A stretch of 64,000 nt of DNA from an uncultured Candidatus Saccharibacteria bacterium (GCA_964544355.1 CAZJAI010000003.1:15945-79944); one strand, 5' to 3'; positions 36,066-46,171 are shown, numbered from the stretch's first letter. The notes: a model not told the origin generated them from the letters alone. Translations and numbers: made by a program.

Positions 36066-36752
36066 ATGGCAGACACAACTATCAAAAACGGCCCCTTAAA
36101 CAGACAGTGGCGGACACCGGTGTGGCTGAAGCGGGCCGACTGGTTTTTTGTCGAGCACCTGCTGTTTCTGTTCTTCGCGGCGATACTGCTTTGGCTGTTT
36201 GACGGCCTAGTGTTCGGTTTGTTCGAGTATCTGGCACTGTCGCCTGCGGACCGTTTCGCGGCTCCCGGAGCGCTGGTGTTTGCCATACCGGCCGTGTTTG
36301 TGGTGGTGCCTTTTTTGCTGGTGCTGTGGCGTCGTCAGAGGGGCAGCCTTGACGCCAAGCCGGCTTTAGCTCTGCGCAAAGCCCACCGCTGGCCGCTGTA
36401 CGCTTTCGTCGTGGTGCAGATACTTACCATTTTCAGCTTGGCTATTAGTCTGGTGGGTGCCTTGGTTGGCCCGATCATGGGTAGCGGTCCCGGTCCTTTT
36501 GGTCAGCAGTTTTTGACACTGGTACTGCCGGCTGTTTTCGCCATCGCCGCGCACTCTGCCGCCGTCTGGGTGATGTCCAAGCAAGACGGGCGCCTGGAGC
36601 GCAGCCTTGTAGTCAACCTGTCGCTGGGCGTGGTCGTGGGCGCGCTGGTACTGCTGGCCGTGCTGGCTGGAACCACCGGGCAGAGAGTCAAGACGAATCC
36701 CCAAACTACCCCGTTCGATCCCGCCCAAAACCGCTCCTACTATAATTACTAG
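36066..36752 (+). CDS. hypothetical polytopic membrane protein
   Basis: A 228-aa product with about 6 hydrophobic helices. No family recognised. Confidence 0.5.
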   Translation: MADTTIKNGPLNRQWRTPVWLKRADWFFVEHLLFLFFAAILLWLFDGLVFGLFEYLALSPADRFAAPGALVFAIPAVFVVVPFLLVLWRRQRGSLDAKPALALRKAHRWPLYAFVVVQILTIFSLAISLVGALVGPIMGSGPGPFGQQFLTLVLPAVFAIAAHSAAVWVMSKQDGRLERSLVVNLSLGVVVGALVLLAVLAGTTGQRVKTNPQTTPFDPAQNRSYYNY

Positions 36753-36846
36753 CCAGGCTGCCGGGCGGTTAGAGTTCGTAAGCAACCGGACGGACAGGCC
36801 TGTGGTTTTAGGGGATGACCAGAAATTGTTAATATAATTAACGCCA

Positions 36847-37143
36847 ATGCCTAAAATTACATCTGAAGACATTAAAAAACTGGCTGCTTTAAGCGCTTTG
36901 AGCGTCAGCCAATCCGAGGCCGCAGCGCTGGCGCGCGATTTAAGCGCCATTGTCGGCTACGTTGAGCAGCTGGCCGCGGTGGACACCGCCGGCCTGGAGC
37001 CAACCTATCAGGTAACCGGCCTGCAGGACGTGGAACGGCCCGACGAAGTGACGGATTACCCGGACAGCATGAAAGTTCTGGGTGGCGGCGACGAATCGAA
37101 AATCGGGCCCGATGGTTACATAAGGGTCAGGCGGGTACTTTAA
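36847..37143 (+). CDS. gatC: Asp/Glu-tRNA amidotransferase subunit C
   Basis: IKKLAALSALSVSQSEAAALARDLSAIVGYVEQL is typical of GatC. TATAAT (36833-36838) lies 8 nt upstream of the ATG. Confidence 0.88.
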   Translation: MPKITSEDIKKLAALSALSVSQSEAAALARDLSAIVGYVEQLAAVDTAGLEPTYQVTGLQDVERPDEVTDYPDSMKVLGGGDESKIGPDGYIRVRRVL

Positions 37144-37144
37144 A

Positions 37145-38566
37145 ATGAGCTCCGGACGGATTCAGGACATAGCCGAAAAAGTTGTCAGCGGCCGGAGCAG
37201 CGCTAAAGCCAACACCGTAGCCGCCCTGCGCGCCTTGGCTCAAAACCATTCATATAATCTGGTGATTAATACTTGCAAAAAGCGGGCTCTGGAGAGGGCC
37301 GAACAGATTGACCGTTCGCTGAAAACCAGGGGCGAAAACTTTCGCCCCGGCCGGCTGGCCGGAGTGCCTTTTGTCGCCAAGGATAATTTTTTAAGTTTCG
37401 GCCCTCCCACCACGGCGGCCAGCAAAATGCTGCAGAATTTCGTGGCGCCGTATCAGTCTACAGCCATAGAAAAACTGGAAGCCGAGGGAGCCGTTTGCGT
37501 GGCAAAGGTCAATCTGGATGCCTTCGCCCACGGCAGCAGTACCGAAAACAGCGATTTCGGGCCGACGCTTAACCCCCGCGATCCCGGCCGGGTGCCCGGT
37601 GGCTCTTCGGGCGGTTCTGCCGCGGCGGTGGCCCTGGACTGCGTGCCGTTCGCTCTGGGAACCGATACCGGCGGTTCAGTCAGGCTGCCGGCCAGCTTTT
37701 GCGGCGTGGTCGGCTTCAAGCCCACCTATGGGCTGATCAGCCGTTACGGGGTGGTGGCCATGGCCAGCAGCACCGACGTAGTCGGCACGCTCAGCCGAAG
37801 CGCCGCCGATGCCGCGCTGCTGATAGACGTTTTAGCCGGCCGTGATCCAAATGACCCGACCACACTGCCCCGCCCGAAAGATCTGGCCGACCCGGTCAAG
37901 TCATCGCCTTTAAAAATCGGTTTAATCAAAGAATTCATGGGCGCGGACGTCGAGTCCGGAGTCAGGGAGGCGGTTGATCAAACCTGCCGGAAGCTGGCTC
38001 GGTTAGGCCACGTCGTCGAACCGGTCAGTTTGCCGTCTCTGCCGTTGGCTTTGGCCGTTTACTATATAGTAGTGCCGGCCGAAATCAGCTCTAACCTGGC
38101 CCGGTATGACGGTATCCGCTACGGTTACAGTTCGCCGGACGCCAATTCGCTGGCCGAGGTTTACGGCCTGAGCCGCGACCAGGCTTTTAACACCGAAAAT
38201 AAACGGCGCATATTAATTGGCACGTATGTGCTGTCCAGCGGCTATATCGAGGCCTATTACCAAAAAGCTCAAACGGTGCGCACCAAGCTGATTAACGATT
38301 TCAAACAGGCTTTTAATCGCCTCGATTTTTTAATCGGACCGGTGGCGCCCACCACGGCTTTTAGGCTGGGTGAAAACGTTAAAGATCCCCTGAAGATGTA
38401 TCTGACGGACATTATGACCGTAGGAGCTAGCATAGCCGGCCTGCCGGCCATCAGTTTGCCGTCCGGCACTGATGACGCCGGCCTGCCGGTGGGCGTCCAA
38501 CTGATCGGACCGCAACTGAGCGACGGGCGACTGCTGAATTTGGCCAAGGATCTGGAGGGGGTTTAA
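37145..38566 (+). CDS. gatA: Asp/Glu-tRNA amidotransferase subunit A
   Basis: Amidase signature GGSSGGSAAAVA...GTDTGGSVRLPASFCGVVGFKPTYG. Confidence 0.95.
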   Translation: MSSGRIQDIAEKVVSGRSSAKANTVAALRALAQNHSYNLVINTCKKRALERAEQIDRSLKTRGENFRPGRLAGVPFVAKDNFLSFGPPTTAASKMLQNFVAPYQSTAIEKLEAEGAVCVAKVNLDAFAHGSSTENSDFGPTLNPRDPGRVPGGSSGGSAAAVALDCVPFALGTDTGGSVRLPASFCGVVGFKPTYGLISRYGVVAMASSTDVVGTLSRSAADAALLIDVLAGRDPNDPTTLPRPKDLADPVKSSPLKIGLIKEFMGADVESGVREAVDQTCRKLARLGHVVEPVSLPSLPLALAVYYIVVPAEISSNLARYDGIRYGYSSPDANSLAEVYGLSRDQAFNTENKRRILIGTYVLSSGYIEAYYQKAQTVRTKLINDFKQAFNRLDFLIGPVAPTTAFRLGENVKDPLKMYLTDIMTVGASIAGLPAISLPSGTDDAGLPVGVQLIGPQLSDGRLLNLAKDLEGV

Positions 38567-38571
38567 AGAGC

Positions 38572-38997
38572 ATGTATTCCACGCCGATTTTACTTATGTT
38601 GTCAGCCGTGCTGTTTGTGGCGGTAGCCATATTGGTGATCATAGTTTTAACTCAGCACCGCCGCTTGCCTTTGAATAAGAGTTTTTACAGGCGCCATTTG
38701 TCTGAAATTAATCAACTGCTAAGCGGTAGCAGCCCTCACGGCTGGCAGGTCGCGGTTATTAACGCCGACAAACTGCTGTTTCACGCCATGAAAGCAAAAG
38801 GAGTACGCGGCGCCAATATGGGTGAAATTCTCAAAAACGGGGCGGCGCTGCTTAGCAAGCGCAACGCCGTTTGGATGGCGCATAAGCTGCGCAACCGGCT
38901 GGCTCATGAAAACGGCGTCAAGATCAGCCAGGTCGCGGCCCGCAAAGCCGTCGATAGTTTTGTCAGCGGTCTGCGCGACATGGGAGCGATAGATTAA
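38572..38997 (+). CDS. small membrane-anchored protein with an R-x4-H (HEPN-like) motif, inserted between gatA and gatB
   Basis: TM helix at aa 5-27, then a helical domain ending in WMAHKLRNRLAHENG. The start lies 5 nt after the gatA stop, and its stop abuts the gatB ATG (TAAATG). Confidence 0.65.
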   Translation: MYSTPILLMLSAVLFVAVAILVIIVLTQHRRLPLNKSFYRRHLSEINQLLSGSSPHGWQVAVINADKLLFHAMKAKGVRGANMGEILKNGAALLSKRNAVWMAHKLRNRLAHENGVKISQVAARKAVDSFVSGLRDMGAID

Positions 38998-40440
38998 ATG
39001 GCCGGACTGCTGCCGTCTATCGGCATTGAATGTCACGTGCAGCTAAGCACCAGGAGCAAATTGTTTAGCTCCGCCGGAAACGATGCCCGCCAGGCCGTTG
39101 CCAACACGCTCGTTAGCCCGCTGTGCCTGGGTCTGCCCGGTACGCTGCCGGTGCTCAATTCAGCCGCCGTGGATCTGGCCATTAAAGCCGGCCTGGCCCT
39201 GAACGCCCAAATCGCCAAAATCAGCAGTTTTGACCGCAAGCACTATTTTTATCCCGACCTGCCTAAGGGATATCAAATCACCCAGCTTGACCGGCCGGTG
39301 GTCGGCGGCGGCACGGTGAAAGTTCCCCGGCCGGAAGGCGGCTACATGGAGGTCAGGATCATCCGGGCGCACCTTGAAGAAGACGCCGGCAAGCTGATTC
39401 ACCCGCCCGGCTCGGATGTGTCGCTGGTAGACTTAAACCGAGCTGGCACGCCGCTGCTGGAAATCGTATCCGCTCCCGACATGCATAGCCCGGAAGAAGC
39501 CAAGGCTTATGCCTATGAACTGTACTTGACGATGGTTATGGCCGGCGTAACCGACGGCGACCTGTACCATGGTAATATGAGATTCGACGTTAATGTTTCG
39601 CTGTCGGACGATCCCGGCCGGCTGGGAGTCAGAACTGAAGTGAAAAATCTCAATTCCTTCCGATCAATAGAGCGGGCGGTGGAGTATGAAATTAAGCGGC
39701 AAAGTAAACTGATCAGCCAGGGCCGGGCCTTGTCGCAGCAAACCCGCGGCTGGGACGAAGCTTCCCAAACCACCAAGCTGCAGCGCAGCAAGGAAACAGC
39801 TACCGATTACCGCTATTTCCCCGATCCGGATATTCCGCCTCTGGCGCTGACTGAAGCCAGAATCAATTCGCTCAAGCGGCAGTTGCCTATGCTGCCCTGG
39901 GACTTTCGCCGTGACTGGCAGCCGCTGAAACTGGACGCCTCGGTAGAGTCGGCCCTACTGGAGCGTCCGGCATACGCTGAATTAATCAGCCAGCTGAAAG
40001 CGGATTCGGGCCCGAGCCATGCCCGCCGGGCCGCTCACTGGTTAGCCGGCCTGACTGTTCCGGCCGACACCGCTCAATCCGGTCGTCCGGTCGAATTCGA
40101 GCAGGCCGCTCTAGCCGAGCTTTCCGTTATGGTCGAGGAAGGCAGCCTGAGTTCCACCGCGGCCAAAAAAGTGCTGTCTATTTTGCCGGGCAGCCAGCTT
40201 TCGCCTAGGCGTATCGCCGCTCAGATGAACTTGCTGCAGCTTAGCGATCAGTCCGAGCTGTCGGAAACGCTGGAACGGCTGATTCAGGAAGATCCAGCTG
40301 CCGCCCGTGCTCTGGGGGATTTTCGCGGCGGTAACAAGAGAGCGGGCGGCTACATCATTGGCCAGCTGATGAAGCGTACCGGTGGTAAGGCCAACCCGGC
40401 TCTGGCGGCCCGGCTGCTGGACGAAATAGCCGGCCAATAA
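38998..40440 (+). CDS. gatB: Asp/Glu-tRNA amidotransferase subunit B
   Basis: IGIECHVQLST.SKLFS, DRKHYFYPDLPKGYQITQ, NRAGTPLLEIVS, and a C-terminal GatB/YqeY domain. Confidence 0.95.
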   Translation: MAGLLPSIGIECHVQLSTRSKLFSSAGNDARQAVANTLVSPLCLGLPGTLPVLNSAAVDLAIKAGLALNAQIAKISSFDRKHYFYPDLPKGYQITQLDRPVVGGGTVKVPRPEGGYMEVRIIRAHLEEDAGKLIHPPGSDVSLVDLNRAGTPLLEIVSAPDMHSPEEAKAYAYELYLTMVMAGVTDGDLYHGNMRFDVNVSLSDDPGRLGVRTEVKNLNSFRSIERAVEYEIKRQSKLISQGRALSQQTRGWDEASQTTKLQRSKETATDYRYFPDPDIPPLALTEARINSLKRQLPMLPWDFRRDWQPLKLDASVESALLERPAYAELISQLKADSGPSHARRAAHWLAGLTVPADTAQSGRPVEFEQAALAELSVMVEEGSLSSTAAKKVLSILPGSQLSPRRIAAQMNLLQLSDQSELSETLERLIQEDPAAARALGDFRGGNKRAGGYIIGQLMKRTGGKANPALAARLLDEIAGQ

Positions 40441-40566
40441 AACCGGCGCGTCTTTTAACCTGGCAGCCCAACTTGCCCCGTTAAGTTGTGGCTTTTTTAG
40501 CCACGACTTCCCTGGCGGGTGTATAATGTAAGCACACATTAACAAAGCGAAGGAGGAATGGGAGGT

Positions 40567-40821
40567 ATGGTTAATCTATTACTATTCATTATCCTCGGCG
40601 GCATCGCCGGCTGGCTGGCATCCATAGTGATGAAGACGGACAGCTCGATGGGCGTCGGAGCTAATGTGGTAGTCGGGGTGCTGGGAGCGCTGATAGGCGG
40701 TTTTGTGTTTACCGCCCTGGGCGGTCAAGGCGTTACCGGCTTTAACTTTTACAGCCTTCTAGTGGCGCTGGTCGGCTCGATCATCCTGCTTTGGCTGGTT
40801 AAATTGTTCAGGCGAGCCTGA
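40567..40821 (+). CDS. GlsB/YeaQ/YmgE-family (transglycosylase-associated) small stress membrane protein
   Basis: MVNLLLFIILGGIAGWLAS... is Gly-rich with 3 TM helices. AGGAGG (40551-40556) is better spaced for ATG 40567 than for ATG 40558. Confidence 0.8.
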   Translation: MVNLLLFIILGGIAGWLASIVMKTDSSMGVGANVVVGVLGALIGGFVFTALGGQGVTGFNFYSLLVALVGSIILLWLVKLFRRA

Positions 40822-40919
40822 GCGGCTCCGGTCCGTTTAAGGTCTGGCACGAGCAGGCTGAGTTTCAGGCAGTTTAAAATTGCCGGTAACTTTTAATATC
40901 TAAATAGGCTGATTAATTT

Positions 40920-41174
40920 ATGGGCAACGCAGCGGAAATTCTGGTGATCATATTGGCAGCATTCCTGGCGGTTTTTCTGGGACTGGCCATCGCTTTGATA
41001 GTTTTGCTTTTGAAGGTGACCAAACAAATCAAGACGGTTACCGGCGCCGCCGAGACCACCGTGCGCCAGGTTAACAGTTTTGTGGCTGCCGCTTCCAAAG
41101 CCGCCGCACCGGCGGTTTTCGCTAAATATCTGGTTCAGGGGGTGGTTGGCGCGCTGAAGAAAAAACGCCGTTAA
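40920..41174 (+). CDS. small hypothetical membrane protein
   Basis: An 84-aa product with one N-terminal TM helix (ILVIILAAFLAVFLGLAIALIVLLL). No family recognised. Confidence 0.45.
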   Translation: MGNAAEILVIILAAFLAVFLGLAIALIVLLLKVTKQIKTVTGAAETTVRQVNSFVAAASKAAAPAVFAKYLVQGVVGALKKKRR

Positions 41175-41223
41175 ATCATCAAAAAGCAGTTAACAAAGTA
41201 TAAAATAAGCTACAGGAGGAGAG

Positions 41224-41502
41224 ATGAAAAAAGGATCCAAATTTGCCCTAGGCGCTCTGGTTGGCGCTGCCGCCGGCGTAATCGCCGGTTTGCTGGCTGC
41301 CCCGAAAAGCGGCAAAGAAACCCGGGCTGATCTTAAGCAAAAAGCCCTAGAGGTTAAAAAGGAGGCCGCCGGTAAAGCCGACGAATTTAAAAAACAGGCT
41401 TCCAAGCTGGGTGACGACGCCAGACACAAAGCTGAAGGAGCGCTGAAACAGGCCAGGCAACGGGTAGACGAAGTTAGAAAACGCGGCGAAGGCTCGTCCT
41501 AA
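41224..41502 (+). CDS. YtxH-domain protein
   Basis: GALVGAAAGVIAGLLAAPKSGKETRADLKQKA is the YtxH signature. AGGAGG lies upstream. Confidence 0.8.
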   Translation: MKKGSKFALGALVGAAAGVIAGLLAAPKSGKETRADLKQKALEVKKEAAGKADEFKKQASKLGDDARHKAEGALKQARQRVDEVRKRGEGSS

Positions 41503-41578
41503 CAAGATAACGGTTTTAAAAAGCCGGCTTGGAGCGGCCGCAGTGCTTGATTGAACCTAGCTAAACACTTTTTATAAC

Positions 41579-41914
41579 GTGGCCGATAAACGACAACACC
41601 CGAAAACATCCACACCCGGCGCCGCCAGGCAGGGCCGCTCTTTGGTTGAGGCCTTTAAGACCGGACAGTCCAAAACGGCTATGGTGGCTATGGTCGAGGA
41701 GCTTTTTAACGATTACTGGGCGCATCGGCGTCAGGTGTACCGGATGAATTTCGTTCGCGGCCTGATGTTCGGATTGGGTAGCGCGCTGGGAGGTACGGTG
41801 GTGCTGGCTTTGGCGGTCTGGCTTTTAACCCAGCTGCTGAGTCTGCCGCTGGTTGGCGGTTACGTGCAGGATGTCAAAAATTCCATTAATCAAAGCCTGC
41901 AGCAGCGGCGCTAG
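41579..41914 (+). CDS. small hypothetical membrane protein (DUF5665-like, tentative)
   Basis: GTG start. ...YRMNFVRGLMFGLGSALGGTVVLALAVWLL... is a Gly-rich TM hairpin. Confidence 0.45.
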   Translation: MADKRQHPKTSTPGAARQGRSLVEAFKTGQSKTAMVAMVEELFNDYWAHRRQVYRMNFVRGLMFGLGSALGGTVVLALAVWLLTQLLSLPLVGGYVQDVKNSINQSLQQRR

Positions 41915-42061
41915 GCCGCAGCCGCGTACAATCCGTCCGTTTCTTTGACGGCCGTTGTAAATCTTCTAATACAAAGGCTCCGTTTTTGACATTATAATAA
42001 TGCTTAAGCGAAGCAGCCCAGGCGGCTGGATTCAAGTTTTATAACCAGCGGAAGGTGACCA

Positions 42062-45000
42062 GTGACTAAGAAAACGGCCGGATTGGTCAGCAGCGATTAC
42101 GTTCATTTGCACAACCACACCCATCACAGCCTTCTGGACGGACTGACGAAGGTAGACGAGTTGGTGGAGCGGGTCAAGCAACTCGGTATGCAGGCTGTAG
42201 CCATAACCGATCACGGCACGCTTTCGGGCGCCATAGAGTTTTACAAGGCTGCCAAGGTTGCGGGCATCAAGCCGATTATCGGTTTGGAGGCTTATGTCGC
42301 TTCGCGGACTATTTTCGATCGCGATCCGACGCTGGACAGAGCGCGCTACCATTTAACAATTCTGGCCATGAATCAGACCGGCTATCAAAACCTGATGCGA
42401 CTCAGCACCATCGCCAATCTGCAGGGCATGTACTACAAGCCGCGGATCGACAGACAGCTGCTGGAGCGATACAACGAGGGGCTGATTGTTCTTAGTGGCT
42501 GCGCCGGGGGCGAGTTGGGTGAAAATCTGCGTTCCGGCAATTACAATCAGGCCAAAGCCGTTGCTAGCTGGTATAAACAGGTGTTCGGCGACCGCTATTA
42601 CCTGGAGATTCAGGATCATAACGAATGGCCCGAGCAGCAGTTGATCAACCGCGACTTATTCAAACTGGGCGGCGAGCTGGATATTCCCTGCGTACTGACC
42701 AGCGATGCCCACTATCTGTCGCCCGAGGACCGGGACGCTCACGAGATTTTGCTCTGCGTCGGCACCTACGCCTATCTGGAAGACGCCAACAGGATGAGCC
42801 TGAAGGAATTCGAACTACACGTGACTGACCCGAAAGATATCATCGCTCGCTGGGGCGATCAGCATCCGGAAATAGTCAGGGTTACCAGCGAAATTGCTGA
42901 GCGCTGCCAACTGGAGCTTGAACTGGGCAAGATCATGATTCCCAGTTTTCCGGTACCGGGCGGCGAAGCCGAAAAGGATTATCTGGAGAAACAGGTCTAC
43001 CGAGGTTTGGTGGAACGCTACGTCGCCGAAGTGCCCGACAACCTGACAGCTTTAAGTGTTGCCCGGTGCCGCCGGCTGTTGCCCGGCCATATTCTGGAAC
43101 GGGCCGAGTACGAGCTGTCCACCATAAACGCCATGGGCTTTAACGGTTATTTTCTGATTATTTGGGATTTTATTAGCTGGGGCAAGCGGAACGGCATCGT
43201 TTTTGGGCCGGGCCGGGGTTCGGCAGCCGGCTCCATCATCTCTTACGCCCTGCGGATCACCGACCTGGATCCGCTGAAATATAATCTGCTGTTCGAGAGG
43301 TTTTTAAACCCGGACCGCATCAGCATGCCCGACATTGACATAGACATCATGGACACTCGCCGCGACGAAGTGATTAATTATTGCCTGAAAAAATACGGCG
43401 ACGACCGCGTGGCCAACATAGTTACTTTCGGCCGAATGGCCGCCCGGGCGGCGGTTCGGGACGTGGCCCGGGTGCTAAAAGTACCCTACGCGGAGGCCGA
43501 TCGCATGGCCAAATTAATACCGCCTCCCGTGCAAGGCCGTCATATCCCGTTGAGTCTCAGCCTGAAGAATGACCGAGAACTTAAAGAAGAGTACCAGACT
43601 AATCCGGTGGCTAAACGGGTGTTTGATTACGCCATCCGGCTGGAAGGCACGATTCGCTCTCACGGCGTGCACGCCGCCGGAGTGGTTATCGCGCCGGACG
43701 ACATAGTAAAGTTCACTCCCCTGGAAATGGCCCAAAAAGGCGTGGTAGCCACTCAGTACGCCATGGGCCCGATCGACGACCTGGGACTTTTGAAGATGGA
43801 CTTTCTGGGCCTGTCTAATCTGACCATTATCAAAAATGCTTTAAGAGTCATCAGGAAAGTCTACAAAACCGAAATCGATCTGGACCGTCTGCCCCTGGAT
43901 GATCCCAAGACGTTCAAGTTGTTCCAAAAGGGTGATACCACCGGAGTCTTTCAGCTGGAATCCGCTGGCATGAAGCGCTATCTGAAAGAGCTCAAGCCTA
44001 CGGTTTTCGATGACATTATCGCCATGGTGGCTCTTTACCGCCCCGGGCCCATGCAGTTTATAGAAGATTTTATCGATCGCAAACACGGCCGGAAAGATAT
44101 CGAATACATCCATCCCAAAATGGAGAACGCCCTTAACTCCACTTACGGGGTACTGGTTTATCAGGAACAGGTTATGCAGATCTCCAAGGACCTCTGCGGC
44201 TTCAGCGGCGGCCAGGCCGATACACTCCGAAAGGGCATAGGTAAAAAAATTCCCGAAGTGTTGGCCAAAATGAAGCCGGAGTTCATTGACGGCGCAATTA
44301 ACCACAGCGGAGCCGATCGGCGCGCCATGGAGGAATTCTGGAAAAAAATAGAAGCTTTCGGCGCCTACTGTTTCAACAAATCCCACGCCGCTTGTTACGC
44401 CATGATAGCCTATTGGACGGCCTATTTAAAGGCGCATTATCCGTCCGCTTTTATGGCCGCTCTAATGACCAGCGACCGCGACAACACCGACCGGCTGGCC
44501 ATAGAAATCAACGAGTGCCGCCATATGGGCATCACCGTGTTGTCGCCCGACGTTAATCGGGGGTTCGTGGAGTTCGGCGTAGTTCCCGGAGGCAACACCA
44601 TCCACTTCGGCCTGGCGGCCATTAAAGGCGTGGGCGAGGGCGCCGTCGAAGAGATATTGCGCTTTCGCGATCGAGACGGACCCTTCAAATCGGTGGAGGA
44701 TTTCGCCCGTCGTCTTGCCGCCGGCCGCTTTTTAAACAGGAAGGTCTGGGAGTCGCTGATTAAGGCTGGCGCCTTCGACAGCCTGGCCGATAGGTCCGAC
44801 CTGCTGTACAACCTGGACGCCTTGGTTTCTTTCGCGCAGAAACAGCAAAAAGAAATGCAGAGCAACCAGGCGGACCTGTTCGGCGCGTTGGCCGCGGATT
44901 CACTGTCCGGCCAAAGGCTGAAACTGGATCCGGCGCCGCACAAACATCCGGCGCTTGAAAAGCTGCAGTGGGAACGCGAGCTGCTGGGGCTGTACTTAAG

Positions 45001-45667
45001 CACTCATCCCCTGGATATCTACCAGGAGTTGTTATCGGCCGGCGCTACGGCTATAGGGTCGATTAAACCTTCCGACGAAGGTAAATCGGTGGTCGTGGGC
45101 GGAGTGGTGGTTGCCGTTCGGACTATTGCCACGAAAAACGGCGGCAAAATGGCTTTCGTGGGGCTGGAGGACAAATCGGGCGAATGCGAGGTGGTGGTAT
45201 TCCCCGACCTGCTGGAGCACCTGGGCGGCGACATCGGCCGGGACCGGCTGGTGAAAATCAGCGGCAGGGTCAGTTGGCGCGGCCGCGACGGCAGGCCGGG
45301 TGACGCGCTTAAGATTGCTGCCAATCAAGTGGAGATCATGGCGTCAGACGTTGTCGCGAGTCCTGAACCCGGCTCGGAGGGAGCCGGGTTGGCCGCGTTG
45401 CCCGGGCCCGGCGCCAAAGCGGCCGGACAAATTAAAACCATTTACATACACGTTAAAAAACCATCCGATCATCAAGGCCTGTTAAAACTCAAACAAACTC
45501 TCAGCCGGCATCCCGGCGGCGATCCGATTGTTCTGGTTTTGGGCGAGCCCAAACAGTCCGCAGTCAAGCTGCCGTTCGGGGCAAGCTACGGCCCGGAGTT
45601 GCGAAAAGCGTTGTCTGAGCTATACGGCGAGGAGTGCCTGGCTCTGCGCGTTAACCAGCCTGGCTGA
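42062..45667 (+). CDS. dnaE: DNA polymerase III alpha subunit
   Basis: GTG start with GGAAGGTG upstream. The PHP domain reads HLHNHTHHSLLDG. The 1201-aa product also shows polymerase core motifs and an OB fold. Confidence 0.97.
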   Translation: MTKKTAGLVSSDYVHLHNHTHHSLLDGLTKVDELVERVKQLGMQAVAITDHGTLSGAIEFYKAAKVAGIKPIIGLEAYVASRTIFDRDPTLDRARYHLTILAMNQTGYQNLMRLSTIANLQGMYYKPRIDRQLLERYNEGLIVLSGCAGGELGENLRSGNYNQAKAVASWYKQVFGDRYYLEIQDHNEWPEQQLINRDLFKLGGELDIPCVLTSDAHYLSPEDRDAHEILLCVGTYAYLEDANRMSLKEFELHVTDPKDIIARWGDQHPEIVRVTSEIAERCQLELELGKIMIPSFPVPGGEAEKDYLEKQVYRGLVERYVAEVPDNLTALSVARCRRLLPGHILERAEYELSTINAMGFNGYFLIIWDFISWGKRNGIVFGPGRGSAAGSIISYALRITDLDPLKYNLLFERFLNPDRISMPDIDIDIMDTRRDEVINYCLKKYGDDRVANIVTFGRMAARAAVRDVARVLKVPYAEADRMAKLIPPPVQGRHIPLSLSLKNDRELKEEYQTNPVAKRVFDYAIRLEGTIRSHGVHAAGVVIAPDDIVKFTPLEMAQKGVVATQYAMGPIDDLGLLKMDFLGLSNLTIIKNALRVIRKVYKTEIDLDRLPLDDPKTFKLFQKGDTTGVFQLESAGMKRYLKELKPTVFDDIIAMVALYRPGPMQFIEDFIDRKHGRKDIEYIHPKMENALNSTYGVLVYQEQVMQISKDLCGFSGGQADTLRKGIGKKIPEVLAKMKPEFIDGAINHSGADRRAMEEFWKKIEAFGAYCFNKSHAACYAMIAYWTAYLKAHYPSAFMAALMTSDRDNTDRLAIEINECRHMGITVLSPDVNRGFVEFGVVPGGNTIHFGLAAIKGVGEGAVEEILRFRDRDGPFKSVEDFARRLAAGRFLNRKVWESLIKAGAFDSLADRSDLLYNLDALVSFAQKQQKEMQSNQADLFGALAADSLSGQRLKLDPAPHKHPALEKLQWERELLGLYLSTHPLDIYQELLSAGATAIGSIKPSDEGKSVVVGGVVVAVRTIATKNGGKMAFVGLEDKSGECEVVVFPDLLEHLGGDIGRDRLVKISGRVSWRGRDGRPGDALKIAANQVEIMASDVVASPEPGSEGAGLAALPGPGAKAAGQIKTIYIHVKKPSDHQGLLKLKQTLSRHPGGDPIVLVLGEPKQSAVKLPFGASYGPELRKALSELYGEECLALRVNQPG

Positions 45668-46151
45668 ACCGGTACAGGGCGATACCGGCCGCTACCGCCA
45701 CGTTGAGTGACTCTTTGCGCCCGGCCATGCCGATTTCCGCGACGACATCGGCTTGAGCCAGCAGCGCCGGTGGCAGGCCCGCCAGTTCCTCGCCCAACAA
45801 CAGGGCGGTGCGGCCCGCCGGCCGAATCGAGGCCAGCGGCCGGCTGAAAGGCGCTTGCTCTAGGGCGACAATTCGCCAGCCGTCTTTTTTCAAGCTGTCA
45901 ATTAGCTTACCGGCGTCGGCGTGATATTCAAACGGCATGGTTTTTTCGGCGCCCAGGGCGGTCTTGGCGATTGCCCGGCCGTTTTTAATTGCCAAATGAG
46001 GCAGTCTGGGGTCGCCGTGGTAAGCGGGGTGGGGGCTGACGCCGCAGAGGAATAATTTCCAGACGCCAAAGGCATCGCAGCTTCTAAACAGCGATCCTAT
46101 GTTGTGCGCGGAACGAATACCGCAGCTGATAACGGCAATTTGCGGTTTCAT
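45651..46151 (-). CDS. SpoU/TrmH-family RNA 2'-O-methyltransferase (TrmL-sized)
   Basis: HNIGSLFRSCDAFGV, LLLGEELAGL and SLNVAVAAGIALY are the SPOUT motifs. Its 3' end overlaps the dnaE 3' end by 17 nt. Confidence 0.8.
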   Translation of the reverse strand: MKPQIAVISCGIRSAHNIGSLFRSCDAFGVWKLFLCGVSPHPAYHGDPRLPHLAIKNGRAIAKTALGAEKTMPFEYHADAGKLIDSLKKDGWRIVALEQAPFSRPLASIRPAGRTALLLGEELAGLPPALLAQADVVAEIGMAGRKESLNVAVAAGIALYRFSQAG

Positions 46152-46171
46152 AATGTCTTAAATTAAGATCA

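Noticed and set aside
40488-40504. The hairpin GTGGCT-TTTTT-AGCCAC after gatB, considered as an intrinsic terminator.
   Set aside because: The T-run lies in the loop rather than after the stem, and the stem is only 6 bp. It is not a canonical terminator.
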